Source: Macrostomum lignano | Taxonomy: Eukaryota | NCBI GenBank assembly: GCA_002269645.1 | Contig: NIVC01000975.1 | Location: forward strand, 124,001 to 188,000 | Direction: 5' to 3' | DNA length: 64,000 nucleotides | Part shown: piece after piece, positions 23,507 to 36,158 of the stretch | Position numbering within the stretch: the stretch's first letter is position 1 | Layout: each line of letters opens with the position of its first letter | Made by a program: the position numbers and the translations under genes | The notes under the pieces: generated by a model | What the model was told of the DNA's origin: nothing | The model's database searches: none | What the model saw: only the letters and a program-made list of their open reading frames with translations

Positions 23507-25100
23507 ATCGCGGCCGGCCGGGGGGCTCAACTGGCAGCGCAGCTGCCCCGGCGGAAGCCAAAGTCAAACCCCCGCTGCCCCCCCGGCTGGCCCTGTCCCA
23601 AGACACTCGAGTCCGTTGCTTTCTCATCCGACCTCGCCACAGCCGCCTGGGAAGCTGAGCTGACTGACGATCCTGACCGCGAATTCCTGCTGAATGGCAT
23701 CCGCAACGGCTTCCGACTCACCTGCCCTGACCCGTCAGAAAGAGCCTCAACTATGTCAGAAACCCAGAACTACCTATCAGTCAACGGTTACCGGCAGCTG
23801 GTCGAGCAGCAGGTACGAGAGGAAGTCCTCAATGGCCGCTACGTTCAAGTCAGTGACAAACCGGAGGTCATCAGCGCCCTTGGAGCCATTCCAAAGAGCA
23901 ACAACAAGATTCGACTCATCCACGACTGCTCTAACCCTCCGGGTCTCTCCCTAAACAGCCGATTTTCTTCCGACTACCGTATCAAGTTCGAGACCGTCAG
24001 TCACTTCACCGACAAGCTGCAACCCGGTTGGTTTATGGCCAAAGTCAACCTCGCCAATGCCTACCGGAGTGTCGGCATCAGCCCGAACGATTTCCGGCTC
24101 ACCGGCTTGAAGTGGAAATTCAGCGATCAGAGCAGCGATTCGTACATCTGCGACACGCGGCTCCCCTTTGGCGCTGCTGCCTCAGTGGAAGTCTTTCACC
24201 ACCTGAGCCAGGCCGTCAAGCGCATGATGCAGAGACGGGGCTTCAACGATATCGGCAGCTATCTCGACGACTTCGCCGTAGCAGCCCCCAGCAAGGACGA
24301 CTGCCAGCTCGCTCTCGACACCCTGCTCAATCTGCTTGGCTTCTCCATCAACTGGAGCAAGGTGGTGGCGCCGTGCACCAGACTGGTCTACCTGGGCGTC
24401 CTCATCGACACCGTCAGCGGCCTGCTGGAGCTTCCGAAGGACAAGCTCGACGCCACCAAGTCTCAGCTGCAGTCCGCGCTCTCTCGCAAGCGCATCACCA
24501 AGCGTCAACTTCAATCGCTCTGTGGCCGCATCAACTGGGTCTGCCAGGTGGTCCGCATCGGGAGGTGCTTCCTGAGACCACTCCTGCTCGAGCTCAGCGA
24601 CCTGAAGCAGCAGCGGCACAAACTGCGCGTGCACAATGATCTTCGCGAGATCCTTAGCTGGTGGGACGCCTGCCTGGCCGCCTCCCCCAGCTGCAAAATC
24701 TGGCGTTCCAGCGGGCCCAGCTGGGCCATCGAGTCCGACGCGTCCAAATGGGGCGGCTGCGGCATCATCCGCGGCCCAGGCACCACCAGCTGGCTCATCA
24801 TGGACTGGCACCGCGACTCAATCGAGATCGAGCCGCTGCACATCAACTTCAAGGAAAGTCTCGCGCCAGTGCTTACGGCCCTGCATTTCCAGCAGCAGCT
24901 GCATCCGGGCTTGTGATCTACTCTGACAGCACCGCCGCAGTCGGCGCCATCAACAAGGGCTCCTCACCAAATCGGCTCGTCAACTCGGCTCTGCAACAGC
25001 TGATGCTCCTCGCTGCGCACCGCGACCTCTCCGTCCAGGCCTTCCACGTCCCCGGGACATTCCAGATCTTCGCTGATAGTGGCAGCCGAGCCGATGACAT
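23507..25100 (+). pseudogene. Reverse transcriptase / RNase H (pol), frameshift near 24910
   Basis: WEAELTDDPDREFLLNGIRNGF, KVNLANAY (catalytic D to N), RLPFG, YLDDF, ESDASKWGG and HINFKE, then -1 frame VIYSDST...FHVPGTFQIFADSGSR. Confidence 0.9.
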
Positions 25101-26218
25101 CAGCGAGCTGACAAACTTCCTGCTCCGGCTCTTTGGCTCTATTCACTTCGACCTTCGCAACCTTATCGAGCACACCCTCTCGCCAGCCACCTGCGAATTT
25201 CTCGCCTTACAGATCGCCTGCCTCAAGTCCCGAGCGCGAACTTCAGCAAGCGCTACCGTGAGCTCTGCCACCTGGCCTTCGCTGAGACAACCGCGCGCTC
25301 TTATCGCTGCCAGATTGACTCCTGGAAGCGGTTCTGCAAGCAGATGCGCATCGACAGCACCCGACCGTCTCTACAGCAGGTCGCGCGTTACATCATCGCG
25401 CTGTCCGACCGCCTCTCCTCGCATGCCAGCGTCGGTGCGTACATTAACGCCGCAGAACTGCACTGCAAGCTCAAGACCGGCCGCGGCCTTCCTCGCGGCC
25501 CCCGCATCGACCTGCTCCTCCGCGGTGTTCAGCGCAAACTCGCCAAGCCGCCGGCGCGCAAGGCGCCCATCACTCCGGGTGACCTCCTCAAACTGCGAGG
25601 AACCCTGCGCCTGCAGCAGCCTCTAGATGCAGCCTTCTGGGCGGCAGTCCTGGTCGGATTCTGGGGCCTCCTGCGCCGCGCCAACCTGTGCTGCTCGAAA
25701 TCGTTCCCACCACCTGGCGAGGCGGTCACCTGCGGCGACCTGCAAGTATCACCGGATCTGGCCATCCTTCACATTCGGCGCTCCAAGACGAACCAGTTCC
25801 GCCAGCGAGTGCACCGCGTTGTCCTGCCGCGCCTCCGGCACGCGGCTCAGCACCCGCTGTGCCCGGTGGCAGCGCTGCTTCACCACCTGCGCATCAACCA
25901 GCCGGACCGCGCCGCTGCTGCCCACCTCTTCGCCTACCGAAGCAGCGGCGGCCTGACGCCTCTACGGTCGTAACAAGCACCCGGTTCTGTCGCCTGTTTC
26001 GGCACGTCGTCCACCGCGCCGGCCTGGCAGACCGGTCTCTGTCTCCTCACAGCCTTCGACGCGGCGGCGCCTCGCTGGCGTTCCGCGCCGGTGTGCCGCT
26101 GCCGGTCGTCAAGGCCCTGGGCGACTGGCGAAGCTCGGCGGTCGAAGTGTACCTGGGGCTGGAGAAGGGCTTCGACCTCCAGCTGGCGGCTGTTCGCAAA
26201 CTGTCTCAGTGCCTATAA
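25098..26218 (+). pseudogene. Tyrosine recombinase, frameshift near 25960
   Basis: TARSYRCQIDSWKRFC (N-terminal domain), GLLRRANL (R), RSKTNQ (K), HSLRRGG (HxxR), GDWRS (W) and EVYL (Y). Confidence 0.9.
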
Positions 26219-26798
26219 TTTTTTCGTTTGCCTGCTCTGGGTTTGTAGCTGGTGTGCAGTCTGCTTTCTTCTTTTTTCCTCTGTCTTGGAATCTATTGCA
26301 CGGGTTTTTTCCCCTCTGAACTCGCGTGTTTTCCTATTTCTCGTTTTATCTTTTGCGCAATGATTACTGTTGCTTTTATCGATTAAGTGCCGTTTTAATG
26401 ACTGTTGTATTTTACTTTTTTGTTTGCTTGCAAGTGTGACCCAACTTCCTGCGTGCCCCCCCCCCCGTTTTTTTTTCTTTCACTTTTTCTCCCATCATTT
26501 TTTCGGATTTTCGACCGTCGTATCCACTCGCACTGTACTCGTTACTCGCAAACACTCGCGTCCGCCTTCCACTTCCCTTGGGGTGTGGTGTTTAACTCTC
26601 AAATATCTCCGTCTCTGAGTTCTTCAGTCTTTTCGCTCTAAAAGTGAAATAAATCTATTTTCCACATAGGGATTGCATTTTATTCAATCTCGGATTACAA
26701 AATAACGAATTATTTACCGCTCCGCATCGCAGCTCAGCAGAGACGGGCTTCGAGCATCGGCATCTCAGCACGGATCGCAACCCAACAGTTTCTCAGAG

Positions 26799-27480
26799 AT
26801 GCGCCAGGGCTCTGTCGCCTGCCCCTTTTGTCCCAGGCGGTTCTGCCGCACCCGAGCGGCAGTGGCGCAGTACTTGCGTCATGTGCGGTCACATGGAATG
26901 GGCTGCGACTCGGAGCCAGAGGAGGCGGCTGCGACCAACTCAGAAGCTGTCAGAGCGGCGGCGGTCCAGCAGGTCGCATCTCGCAATGAGTCAGCGATGC
27001 AGCCGTGTGCAGACGGCAGTCATGCAGTGACGAAGCGTCACGAGTGCGAGTCAGTCGGGAAGACCCGAGCTACAAAGAGTGCTGCAACACGGTACCGTAG
27101 GGCTCAGGGTGTCCAGAGGCCGTTCCAGTGCGACGCTTGCCAGAAAAAGTTCTCGAAAAAAAGCAACCTCATTCATTCTCTGGGGCATCTGATCTGCACG
27201 TGCACATCCGCTCTCACACTGGAGAGAGGCCGTTTGAGTGCAAGGTGTGCGGCAAGAGATTCAGCAGCGTCAGCAGCCACCTCACTACGCACTCCAGGGT
27301 GCACACAGGAGAAAAGCCATTGAAGTGCAAGGTGTGCGGGAAAAGATTCAGTGACGGCAGCAACTCTGCTAGGCACTCCACGTTGCATACATGAGAAAAG
27401 CCGTTTGAGTGCAGGATGTGCGGCAAGAGTTTCAATCCAGGCCGCGGTCTGACAAGACACTCTGAGCAGCGAAAATTTAA
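26799..27480 (+). pseudogene. C2H2-ZF paralog 2, internal deletion and frameshift near 27170, stop at 27392-27394
   Basis: Same N-terminus as the other paralogs. The finger array is split across frames. Confidence 0.85.
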
Positions 27481-27874
27481 AACTCTCTGAGGTCTTGATC
27501 CTTGCTGTGCGTCGAGCATTTTTTAGTAGCTCACTGTCGTTTAGCAGATCTTTTCGTTTCGTATTAATGAAATTTGTTTAAATTCTGCATTTGTTGCTCT
27601 TCTTGCTTCTAACCTCTGCTTGGTGCTATACTTTTCTAGTTTTTGTTTCCCACTCATTCACAGTCTGCAGTTTTGTTTTCCCAGTCCGAAATGCAGCTGG
27701 AAGCTGGCAAATGCGTGGCTAAAATTCAGTATGAAACTTTTTTCCTGCTGGTATTTATAATTTAAACCGATGGCACTCGAGTTTCTTTATTGTTTGCTTT
27801 TATAATTATCTTCACGTGTTGATTATTTTGATATTGATTTATGCCACATAGGCCATGTAAGCTGTAAATGCAGC

Positions 27875-28645
27875 AGTTGTTGTGAAAGGTACTCAGCTTT
27901 CAGGGCCTCAGGCAGTAGGCATTCAGTCAGTTAATAAAGTTTGTTAAGCGTCTCAGCTGCAGCGGTTTCTGGGTGTTCATCTTCAGGTGTACCCTCTGCA
28001 CTCTTACTGGCTGCTCGGTCGCTACTTGCTCATGGCAGTATTCGAAGCCGGGTCAAAGCAATCAATACTTGTCGGGTAGTCCGGTGGTCCATGCGCCTGC
28101 AGTGGGCTTGCGTACAGAATTTTCGTTTTTAATGGCTTGTTTGCTCGTTGTCTCCGAGATGGTTGCCCGTCGCTCACTGAGCTCTGTCTCTGAGGTGGTC
28201 ACGATGATAGATCATCAGATCTCGAAATTGGTGATATTGGACTTTTCAACTTTTTCAGTCCACTCTTTATTTGAGGGATTGGACTGTAGCCTAAGAGCAG
28301 TGCTGTATTGCAGCTATTTAAGAATTTAGTACTTCAACCAACATGCTCTCTCTAGCAATTGTCGGTAACAAGTACTTCCGGAATGCCTAAAGTTTGAAAA
28401 ATTCTGGCCACAGCCGCCGCGTCAATGTCACAGATTAATTCATCACAAATACGTCCTTTGTTAGCGTTTTAGCTTATATCACTAGGAGGTTGTTTGATTC
28501 TAATTGGCCAAAATCAGCATGCAGTGTTTCTTTGCAATTGGCCATTGCTTTAAGCACCGCTTTCTGAGGTCTCATGCGTTGACATTTGGAACTCTCCGCT
28601 ACGCTCTTATTTTTCTCGGCTTCGATATTTGGCCTGCATGCCGCG
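27875..28645 (-). mobile_element. Decayed Ty3/Gypsy integrase fragment, unit 2
   Basis: Minus strand PNIEAEKNKSVAESSKCQRMRPQKAVL...LHADFGQLESNNLLVI (integrase zinc-binding end and start of the rve core). Confidence 0.75.
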
Positions 28646-28987
28646 CCATTTGCCTTTGATTGCTCAAAAGACATTTAGAAATAACACATATTCACTCGGT
28701 TAAGTATCCATAGGAAATTGGCCGTTTGAATTTTAAGGGAAGAATTAATGCATGTTACGAGCTAGTATTTGCATAATCCTCGTTAAAATCAGCATTTGTC
28801 TATCTAAACCAAATGAAACATATGTTTCTATATGAAGCATATCGACTATATATGCTTTCGAAACCAGAAAGTATCATTCAGTTTTTTTAGATGTCTTTCA
28901 AACACAGATTACAATTGACAAAATCTCTGCCGCTTCGTATTGATGCTCAGGTACAGACGGGTTTCGCAGTCCCACAGTTTCTCAGAG

Positions 28988-30490
28988 ATGCCCCGTCGCT
29001 CTGTCGCCTGCCCCTTTTGTCCCAGGAGGTTCTGCCGCACCCGAGCGGCAGTGGCGCAGTACTTGCGTCATGTGCGGTCACACGGAATGAGCTGCGACTC
29101 GGAGCCAGAGGAGGCGGCTGCGACCAACTCAGAAGCTGTCAGAGCGGCGGCGGTCCAGCAGGTCGCATCTCGCAATGAGTCAGCGATGCAGCCGTGTGCA
29201 GACGGCAGTCGTGCAGTGACGAAGCGTCACGAGTGCGAGTCAGTCGGGACGACCCGAGCTACAAAGAGTGCTGCAACACGGCACCGTCGAGCTCAGGGTG
29301 TCCAGAGGCCGTTCCAGTGCGACACTTGCCAGAAGAAGTTCTCCAGCAAGAGCCACCTCAAAGCTCACATGAGTGCAGTGCACAGGAAGGAGAAACCGCA
29401 CAAGTGCAATCGGTGTGGGAAGTCCTTCTCAAGGGCATCTGATCTGCACGTGCACATCCGTTCTCACACGGGTGATAGGCCGTTTGAGTGCAAGGTGTGC
29501 AGAAAGAGATTCAGGGTCAGCTGCAGCCTCACTAAACATTCTAGAGTTCACACCGGAGAAAAACCATTTGAGTGCAAAGTGTGCGGCAAGAGATTCAGCG
29601 TCAGCAACCACCTCACTGCACACTCAAGGCTGCACACAGGAGAAAAGCCATTTGAGTGCAAGGTGTGCGGCAAGAGATTCAATCAAAGCAACAACCTTAT
29701 TACACACTCAAGGGTGCACACAGGAGAAAAGCCATTTGAGTGCCAATTATGCGGCAAAACATTTAGTGACGGCAGCAGCTTTACAAGGCACTCAAGGCTG
29801 CATACCGGAGAAAAGCCGTTTTAGTGCAAGGTGTGCGAAAAAAGATTTAGTGATAGCAGCGGCCTCACTAAACATTCTAGAGTGCACACAGGAGAAAAGC
29901 CATTCGAGTGCAAGGTGTGCCGCAAGTGGTTCAGCGTCAGCAGCCGCCTCACTAGACATTCTAGACTTCACACGGGAGAAAAACCATTTGAGTGCAAAGT
30001 GTGCGGCAAGAGATTCAGTGAAAGCAGCAACCTTACTACACACTCCAGAGTGCACACAGGAGAAAAGCCGTTTGAGTGCAAAGTGTGCGGCAAGAGATTC
30101 AGTGAAAGCAGCAACCTTACTACGCACTCCAGAGTGCACACAGGAGAAAAGCCGTTTGAGTGCAAGGTGTGCGGAAAAAGATTCAATCAAAGCAGCCATC
30201 TCACTGCACACTTCAGGTTGCACACAGGAGAAAAGTCTTGAGTGCGAGATGTGCGGTAAGAGATTTAATCGAGGCAGCAACCTTACAAGACAATTAAGGC
30301 TGCATGCAGGAGAAGAGCCATTTTTGTGTAAGGTGACCATTTCTGCGGCCAGAGATTCAGTGACCGCAGCAACCTCTAAACACTCAAAACTACACACCGG
30401 AGGAAAGCCATTTGGGTTCAATATGTGCGACGTGAGATTCGATTGAGGCGGCATTCTGACAAAGCACTCCAAGCAGCGCATTGTGTAGCG
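28988..30490 (+). pseudogene. C2H2-ZF paralog 3, ~12 fingers, in-frame TAG at 29822-29824 and TGA at 30239-30241
   Basis: ATG at 28988. The finger array continues in frame past the TAG, which replaces the GAG of the FEC motif. Confidence 0.85.
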
Positions 30491-31024
30491 AATATTCGAA
30501 TTTACTGCCGGTCTTGGTCCATACTGTGCGTCAAGCGTTTTAAGTTGGTCACTATCGTTTAGCAGCTCATGTTGCTTCCAAAATTTTCTAGTTGTTGTTT
30601 TCCACTCATTGTAATTACGTACCGTGAAACGTGAAAGTATTTGGTAATCATAGTACGAGTATACTTATTATTGTTCCACGTGTGCCCTTGAAAGCGAGGT
30701 TTAATATTGGGGGGGGATTAACTAATAGCCTGAAGGTGTATTAACATAAATTTAGGTAAATAAACCTTACTTTACTTTACCAATATTAAGCGTTAATATT
30801 GTCTGCATGAAGGAATTTGGTAACTTTGAGTCTGCCTTTATGTTTTCCCAGTCTGAAATGATAGGCTGTTAAATGCGTGGCTAAAATTTCTTCTCAAACA
30901 TTTTTCCTTGTATTTATAAATTACGCCGATGGCATGCGAACTTTATTTTCTGTTTATTTTAATGCTTGTCTTGACGCGTTGATTATTTTGAAATTGATTT
31001 AGGCCATGTAAGTTGTAAAATTCT

Positions 31025-31835
31025 GCTAAGCTGTCAGGTCCTCAGGCAGCGGGCATTCAGTTAGTTACTTAAGTTTGTTAAGTGTTTCAGCTGCAGCAAT
31101 TTTCTGGGGAGTTCATCTTCAGGTGTACCTTCTGAACTCTTACTGGCTTCTAGGTCGCTACCTGCTCATTGCGTTATTCGAAGCCGGATGAAAGCTGAAA
31201 GCAATCAATACCTGTCCCTCTGGTCCGGTGGTCCCATGCGTTTGTACTGTGTGTTTGCGCTTAGAACTTTTGCTCGTAATGGCGTGTTTGCTCTTTGTCT
31301 CCGAAATGATTGTCTCTCGCTCACTGAGCTCTGTCTTTGAGGTGGTCACGATGATGCATCATCAGATCTCGAAATTGGTGATCTTGGACTCGCCTTACCT
31401 GTTCAGTCACAGTTTCTTGTAGGGCTTCTTCTCTCCACTCTTTTCGGGGATTGGACTGTAGCCTAAGAGCTGTGCTGTATCGTATTTATGTAAGAGGTAC
31501 TTAAGAGTACTTCAACAGACCTGGCGTGTCGGACTGACAATAGACTGACAACGAATGAGGTCCATTGTCAGTGACTAGCACTTCTGGGATGCCCAAATTT
31601 TAAAGCATTTAAATCTCAGCACTCTGGCCACAACCGCTGCGTCAATGTCACATATTAATTCATCACAAATAAGTTCTGCGCTAGCGTTTTAAATCACCCG
31701 AGGGTATTTGGATTCTAATTGGCCAAGATCAGCATGCATTGCTCCTTTGCTAATGGCCATTGCTTTAAGCACCGCTATCTGAGAAGGTCTCATGCCTTGA
31801 CAAATGAGGCTCTCCGCTACGCACTTCTGTCTCAG
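31025..31835 (-). mobile_element. Decayed Ty3/Gypsy integrase fragment, unit 3
   Basis: The minus strand at 31554-31600 reads LGIPEVLVTDNGPH, the canonical Gypsy rve second-Asp motif. MHADLG lies upstream. Confidence 0.85.
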
Positions 31836-32121
31836 CTGAGGCAAACTTTTTATTGTCAAATTGTTTCTGGCCAGAAACACAGAATTCATTATAGAAAGCT
31901 GTTAAAGCGTGCAACAAATAAATGTATTCTCATAAATCTTTGTCTACGTTTTTTCTGTCTAAAAGTGGATTAGATCAGATTTTACACAGCCATTCCAATA
32001 TCATTCAAAGTCGGATTATAGATTAACGAATTATTTACCCCTCCGCATTGCAGCTCAGGCAAGAGACGGGCTTCGAGCATCGGCATCTCAGCACTGATCG
32101 CAGCCCCACAGTTTCTCAGAG

Positions 32122-33030
32122 ATGCCCCGTCGCTCTGTCGCCTGCCCCTTTTGTCCCAGGAGGTTCTGCCGCACCCGAGCGGCAGTGGCGCAGTACTTGC
32201 GTCATGTGCGGTCACACGGAATGAGCTGCGACTCGGAGCCAGAGGAGGCGGCTGCGACCAACTCAGAAGCTGGCAGAGCGGCGGCGGCCGAGCAGGTCGC
32301 GTCTCGCAATGAGTCAGCGATGCAGCCGTGTGCAGACGGCAGTCGTGCAGTGACGAAGCGTCACGAGTGCGAGTCAGTCGGGAAGACCCGAGCTACAAAG
32401 AGTGCTGCAACACGGCACTGTCGAGCTCAGGGTGTCCAGAGGCCATTCCAGTGCGACACTTGCCAGAATAAGTTCTTTAGCAAGAGCCACCTCAAAGCTC
32501 ACATTAGTGGAGTGCACAGGAACGAAAAACCGCACAAGTGCAAATGGTGTGGGAAGTCCTTCTTAGATGTAACTCATCTACACGTGCACATCCGGTCTCA
32601 CACTGGAGAGAAGCCGTTTGAGTGTAAGATATGCGGAAAGAGATTCAGCGTCAGCTACAGCCTCACTAAACATTCTAGAGTGCACACAGGAGAAAAGCCG
32701 TTTGAGTGCAAGGTGTGCGGCAAGAGATTCAGTGACAGCAGCAGCCTCATTAAGCACTCAAGGCTGCACACAGGAGAAAAGCCATTTGAGTGCAAGGTGT
32801 GCGGCAAGAGATTCAGTGACAGCAGCAGCCTCATTAAGCATTCAAGGATGCACACAAGAGAAAAGCCGTTTGAGTGCAAAGTGTGCGGCAAGAGGTTCAG
32901 TGACCGCAGCAACCTCTCTAAACACTCAAAACTACACACAGAAGAAAAGCCAGTTGAGTCCAAGGAGTGTATTAAGAGTTTCAACCAAAGCAGCGGTCTG
33001 ACAAGGCACTCCGAGCAGCACAATGTATAG
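32122..33030 (+). CDS. C2H2 zinc-finger protein, paralog 4 (intact, 302 aa, 6 fingers plus 1 degenerate)
   Basis: Open ORF with the shared N-terminal domain and TGEKPF linkers. Confidence 0.88.
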   Translation: MPRRSVACPFCPRRFCRTRAAVAQYLRHVRSHGMSCDSEPEEAAATNSEAGRAAAAEQVASRNESAMQPCADGSRAVTKRHECESVGKTRATKSAATRHCRAQGVQRPFQCDTCQNKFFSKSHLKAHISGVHRNEKPHKCKWCGKSFLDVTHLHVHIRSHTGEKPFECKICGKRFSVSYSLTKHSRVHTGEKPFECKVCGKRFSDSSSLIKHSRLHTGEKPFECKVCGKRFSDSSSLIKHSRMHTREKPFECKVCGKRFSDRSNLSKHSKLHTEEKPVESKECIKSFNQSSGLTRHSEQHNV

Positions 33031-33519
33031 CGAATATTCAACTTCCCTGCTTTTATTCTACAGCCGTCTTGGTCCTTTTTGTGCGCCAAGCGTTTCATCA
33101 AGTTGCTTACTTATGTTTAGCAGACCTTTCGTTTCATAATAATGATCTTTGTTGAATTTTAATTTGTTGCTCTTGTTGCTTCTAACCTCTAGTTGCTGGC
33201 ATACTTTTCTATTTTTTTACTTCCAAAATTAGTCAGCACTCATAATATACTTACTTATTGTTTCATGTCTTTTGCAAACTCATGTGTTTCGTTTAGCGAA
33301 ATGAATCGTTATTTTTGTGTGCATTAAGGATTTTGGTAGCTTCACGACTTTCAGATTCTGTGTTTATATTTCCCTAATCTGGAATGCAGCTGCAAACTTG
33401 TAAGTGCAACTTTTTTCTTTGTATTTTTAAATTACACTGATTGCATTGTGAGCTTCATTTATGTTTTTTTAATGTGTCTTGATGTGTTGATTATTTTGAT
33501 ACTGATTTAGGCCATGCAA

Positions 33520-35760
33520 GGTGTAAAATGCAGCAGTTGCTGTGGCAGATGCCCAGCTCTCAGGGCCTCAGCATTCTGTCAATTGAGCAAGTTGGTTGAA
33601 TATTTCAGCCGCAGCAATTTTCTGGGAAGTTGCACTCGTACTGGCTGCTCAGTCGCTACCTGCTCATGGCTGTATTCGAGGTCGGACAAAGCAATCAATA
33701 CCGGTCCGGTGGTCCCCTTGTCCGTACTGTGTATTTGCGCTCAGAACATTTGCTCTTAATGGCTTGTTTGCATTGTTGTCTCCGAAATAGTTTTCTTGCG
33801 CTCGCTGTGGTGTCTCTGATTTGGTCACGATGCATCATCAGATCTCGACCATGGTGATCTTATACTTGCCGTAGCTGTTCAGTCACAGCTTCTTGTAGGG
33901 CTCCTTCTCTCCACTCTTTATTGGAGGGATCAGACTGTAGCCTAAGAAGCAGTGCGGTATTTCAGAGATTTGAGGTAGTACTTGCTGTCTCTTTAGTAAC
34001 AAATGAGGTTCATTTCACTAACAAGTACTTCCAGGATGCCCAAATTTCAAAACGTTCTTTACGATACTCGGTAGTGGATTACGATACAGGCTACCGAGCT
34101 ACCGACGGCACTCTGTCGGTAGCCAGTGCGTCAGTGTCACAGATTCATTCATCACAAATAAGTCCTGTTTTTGCATCACTAAAAAGTTATTTCCTAATTG
34201 GCCAAGATCAGAATGCATTCGGCACTATGGTTTCTTTGCTATTGGCCATTACTCTAAGCATCGCTTTCTGAGGTCTCATGCGTTGACATTCGGAACTCTC
34301 CGCGACACACTTCTCTATCTCGGCTTCGATATTTGGCAAGGAAATTATAATGACGCGCCATTTGCATTGATTGCTTGTAATCCCGAATGAGGGTCGTGCA
34401 GAAACCACATCACCAGTGCTCACGGCTTCCCCAGCAATGACTATCCGATGATCGAGTAGCAGTAGATTCTTAGTGCAGCGCAGTCTACTCGATATCGATA
34501 CGACTGTAATACCTCTTCACATGATCGCAGTCGACCGAAAACGACTTTTTAATCTTCTCGTCTCCGTGTGACGCTCTAGCTGATCTTCGAGCTCCAGTCT
34601 TAAATCGAAACTGCTTGTAAACTGTTATGATTGTGAAACTTCAGTAGATCGGAAATCGATTTTCAAATCTGATTTACAAGCGTAAATTGATTCAAATCTT
34701 TAATTTTTATCGTAACCACTACAGCACTCCATGAGCTTCTCGCTCAAGTTGGCTATACCGAAACTCCGCAGGTGTGGGTTTCTTTGAGACAAATCGCATC
34801 AGTTGTCAGGATCAGCTCTTCAGTTTGATCATACGGAGTCAGTAAGTATCTCGATATGATGCCCCGCTCAGTAGCTTCACTGCACTCTGGTCTTCTATTT
34901 TCCAAGCCCAGACAACGTCCTTCGGCAATGATACTGGATAGCAGTCTTATGGCCAGTTGAGGAATGAACACTACCACTCTGAGTACACCCCGAAGCATCA
35001 TCGAAGAACTTCAAAAAACTTTTCGGAACTACCACTATAGTGCTAGCAAACACAGGTCGTTGCATAGTTCTCTTTCAATACTCTCTCGCCTTTCGAATTC
35101 TTTTTAATATCTCCGTAACATCTACAATTAAGCGAAAACGTTAATGTTCGGTCCCTCGACATTTTTAGTCATTTTTAGACATTTTAATAGTCATTTTTTT
35201 CACCAACGACGCATTGCGTAGTCCAGCTGCGAACCGAACTCTTAGAGCTTCTTTCAGAAAGTCTTCAAATTAATCGGTGTCGGCGTGGGCTCGCAATCGG
35301 CTCTCAAAATCTACCGCTGGCTGGCTCGATCGTACTAGTCTTGCTTCAGTACGTTAAACTTGTGTTGCTCCGCCACAAAAGTTTTTTTCTGGAAGGTCAA
35401 AAGCTTTTTGATTTAATCCTTCAGTTTCTTGATTGTCTTGTCCTCTAGCTTTGCTGGAGCGACCAGGTTCGGTAATTTTTCATACTCGCCTTCCCCATGG
35501 GGCTTATAAAAGTGTCGGTATTGGTTAAGAATCAGTCGACTTTCTCATCCTTCATGCCAAATATTCCGCAGAGTGATTCAAACCGCTAGATCCACTTTCC
35601 TTTAGTCCGGGCAAGCTCCCGCAATATTTTTCGAGACAGGAACGTTCTCGGTTTGTCCAGAACCAAACAACAGAAGTAGTTGCACGATCGTGCAGCTCAG
35701 CATGCAACTCTAAAACATGACGTACACTCCTTTTGCTCGTGTTTGCTCGGCAGCTCGTAA
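33520..35760 (-). mobile_element. Longest remnant of the decayed Ty3/Gypsy (Mag-like) element: gag, RNase H and integrase pieces
   Basis: gag: APAKLEDKTIKKL...FVAEQHKFNVLKQ...LRVRFAAGLRN (~35200-35520). RNase H: LTPYDQTEELILTTDA and TPAEFRYSQLEREAHGV (~34725-34845). Integrase: RIVI...PNIEAEIEKCVAESSECQRMRP. Confidence 0.8.
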
Positions 35761-35776
35761 CACTCCTTTTTATTTC

Positions 35777-36158
35777 CATAGGCGTAGGAACGTTTCAAAA
35801 AGTGGGAAGTGGGACAAGGTTCAATGGCGGATTTAAGGGGGTGGTGGCGCACAGGGCTCACGCCCCCGTCGAGTTAGATTTTAAGATTTTTATGTGAAAA
35901 ATGCACATTATCATGTACCGATTATTTTCATTTTTGCGCCGCGGGCACTCATTTTAGAGCTGCAGGCGCTTTTTAAGAGCTGCTGGCGCTATTTTTTGTC
36001 GCTCTGCAGCAAAATACATTCATGCAAAATAACAAAAACAAAAAATGAGTAAAAAAAGCAAATAAGTCTACATTTTGCATTTAAATGTGGAGGGGCTAGA
36101 TAGCATTACTGCCCCCCCCCACTTTGCCTCCACTGTCTCCCCCGTTCCTACGCCTATG
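35777..36158. mobile_element. MITE-like element with 15-bp TIRs (CATAGGCGTAGGAAC)
   Basis: cataggcgtaggaac at 35777 and gttcctacgcctatg ending at 36158. No TSD seen. Confidence 0.7.

Larger units (their letters stand above)
22290..26670 (+). mobile_element. Tyrosine-recombinase retrotransposon (DIRS order, Ngaro-like), probably inactive copy
   Basis: Gene order is gag (CCCH finger), RT/RNase H, then YR. No methyltransferase domain is seen. Termini are not identified, so the boundaries are approximate. Confidence 0.9.

Noticed and set aside
29373-30446. Alternative-frame ORFs (SARCAARDS repeats) overlapping the ZF genes
   Set aside because: Frame shadows of the repetitive finger codons.
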